DNA of 63,669 nt, counting the filler, from Octopus bimaculoides (Eukaryota), in NCBI RefSeq assembly GCF_001194135.2. It is 6 parts of 6 records of this genome, joined end to end, with 100 filler letters (N's around TTAATTAATTAA, not from the genome) between each part and the next. Parts side by side here need not be neighbours in the genome. Positions count along the whole stretch, not along the records: positions 61,951 to 63,669 come from NW_026431340.1; 5 more parts are not named here. The stretch is one strand, 5' to 3'. A program made the position numbers and the translations under genes. Numbering within the stretch: the first letter of the stretch is position 1; each line of letters starts with the position of its first letter. Under the pieces are notes generated by a model. The model ran no database searches. It saw only the letters and a program-made list of their open reading frames with translations, and was not told the origin of the DNA. Below, one piece after another: positions 62,106-63,669 of the stretch.

Positions 62106-62170
<65 letters not shown>
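61967..62170 (+). mobile_element. SINE family A 3' part followed by a (CAT)n tract
   Basis: acgttccgagttcaaattccgccgaggttgactttgcttttcatcc...aataaaataagtaccag...ctggccttgcgccaaaatttgaaatc, then (atc)n. Confidence 0.75.
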
Positions 62171-62171
<1 letters not shown>

Positions 62172-62399
62172 ACAACACCATCATCATTTTTATTATCATC
62201 CCAGCAACACCGGTGAATTACATCTCAAGTGAGCATATATAAAGAGTTTGCCGAGTTATTTTAACATTTCAAGCAACTTCCACCCCACATACATACATAC
62301 ATACATACATACATACATACATACATACATACATACATAACTAGTGACAATTGAATTTTTTCCTTTTGGTTTTATGTTGCATATAGCCGCCTTCATTTA

Positions 62400-62476
<77 letters not shown>

Positions 62477-62532
62477 TACATATATATATAGAGAGAAACA
62501 TACATACATACATACATACATACATACATACA

Positions 62533-62564
<32 letters not shown>

Positions 62565-63568
62565 CCTGTATAGGGTATGCACAATGAGGAGTTTTTACTG
62601 CATTTTTGACTTTGAGAAGAAATATATTTGCTACGGTTGTTCACAGCCTTACAAAAACTATATCAGCTATGCAAATGATCTCTAAATGCATTAAAAACAT
62701 TATAATATAATCTGAACACTATCTCAGAAAAATTATCGCCGTTTTCTTTGAGCATTTAAAAGAGAAATTTAGATGGGGCAAAACGAGTAAGCCAAGATAA
62801 AATAAATCTTTTCAGTTCTTCAGAATTACATTTGAAAACAGACTCACATACATCAATATATATCCTAAACCACCAGGAATATCAGAAATGCAACAAAAAT
62901 TAAAGATATCTAGGCTAAATGAAAGAGGATTGTGAAAAAATGGCACATTATATGAAATTAACGAAACTCGATTTAATAAAAAAAAATCTCAACATAAAAT
63001 AGTCTTTATAGCTTCTTCACGATCTCCAGGAGTGGCTCTCTTCTCGATATATTCACGAACATAGCAGTTAAAGAGAAGAAATCATTGAAATTAGTCATGA
63101 CTTATTTTTTGAAAATTGAAAATTATCTGTTTAGACATTTGTGAGGGGAAAATTGACTTGGAATCCAACAGAGGGAAGAATATTGATTGCTAAGCACCAA
63201 AAATTACCCAGATATTTTATTAGCAACCGCAGTTACAATCAGGTCGAAGTTGAGGAAAATGTTCTTGACAAAAAAGAAAAAAAAATATCCGTTACTTGAC
63301 TATGTTTAAAACCTCTCTCAACTTCAACAACAACAACAACAACAATTATGGTGACAAATTTTTACCCCTAAATATGATGGAACTGTACAAAATGATGACG
63401 TAATATTTGCGATGTAATGATTTCAAACAGGTAGGGAAAAACTGACAAGAAATCAAAAATTACTCATTATTAATTTTGTTCCCCTATGCATATACAATAC
63501 ACACACGCACACACTTCCATATGTATATATATTATATGTGTATTATATCTATATATATTATATATTTT

Positions 63569-63669
63569 GGTTAGTAGCTTGCTTACCAACCACATCGTTC
63601 CGGGTTCAGTCCCCCTGCGTGGCACGTTGGGCAAGTGTCTTCTGCTATAGCCTCGGGTCGACCAAAGCC
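63569..63669 (+). mobile_element. tRNA-derived SINE (family B) 5' end, cut by the window edge
   Basis: ggttagtagcttgc...cgggttcagtcc (B-box-like)...ttgggcaagtgtcttctgctatagcctcggg. Confidence 0.7.

Noticed and set aside
1-63669. CRISPR arrays, operons or other prokaryotic systems
   Set aside because: No regularly spaced repeat-spacer array and no prokaryote-like gene density; the window is clearly eukaryotic repeat-rich DNA.

Overview
AT-rich, microsatellite-saturated, gapped eukaryotic scaffold. The SINE, LINE and Penelope-like repeat content resembles what I recall from octopus (coleoid cephalopod) genomes; this is an inference with no database check. Only one long non-TE reading frame is present: a minus-strand ORF/exon at 42424-45615, open up to an assembly gap, encoding at least 1063 aa of acidic, Ser/Asp/Glu/Asn-rich, probably disordered protein with tandem ~65-aa repeats and recurring basic-aromatic motifs. 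The rest is intron-like or intergenic DNA with decayed mobile elements: a Penelope-like element (RT + GIY-YIG), mariner pseudogenes, R4/Dong, RTE and Tx1/L1-type LINE fragments, tRNA-derived SINEs and several fold-back/MITE-like inverted repeats. The most notable signal is a three-copy non-coding repeat family (27.5, 31.5 and 51.0 kb) carrying a minimal type-I hammerhead-ribozyme fold with covarying stems and a non-canonical U3 core. One copy sits inside a ~290-nt long-stem hairpin. A second hammerhead-like family forms an inverted pair at 54.0-54.7 kb. Nearly all other ORFs in the track are microsatellite or N-gap artefacts.
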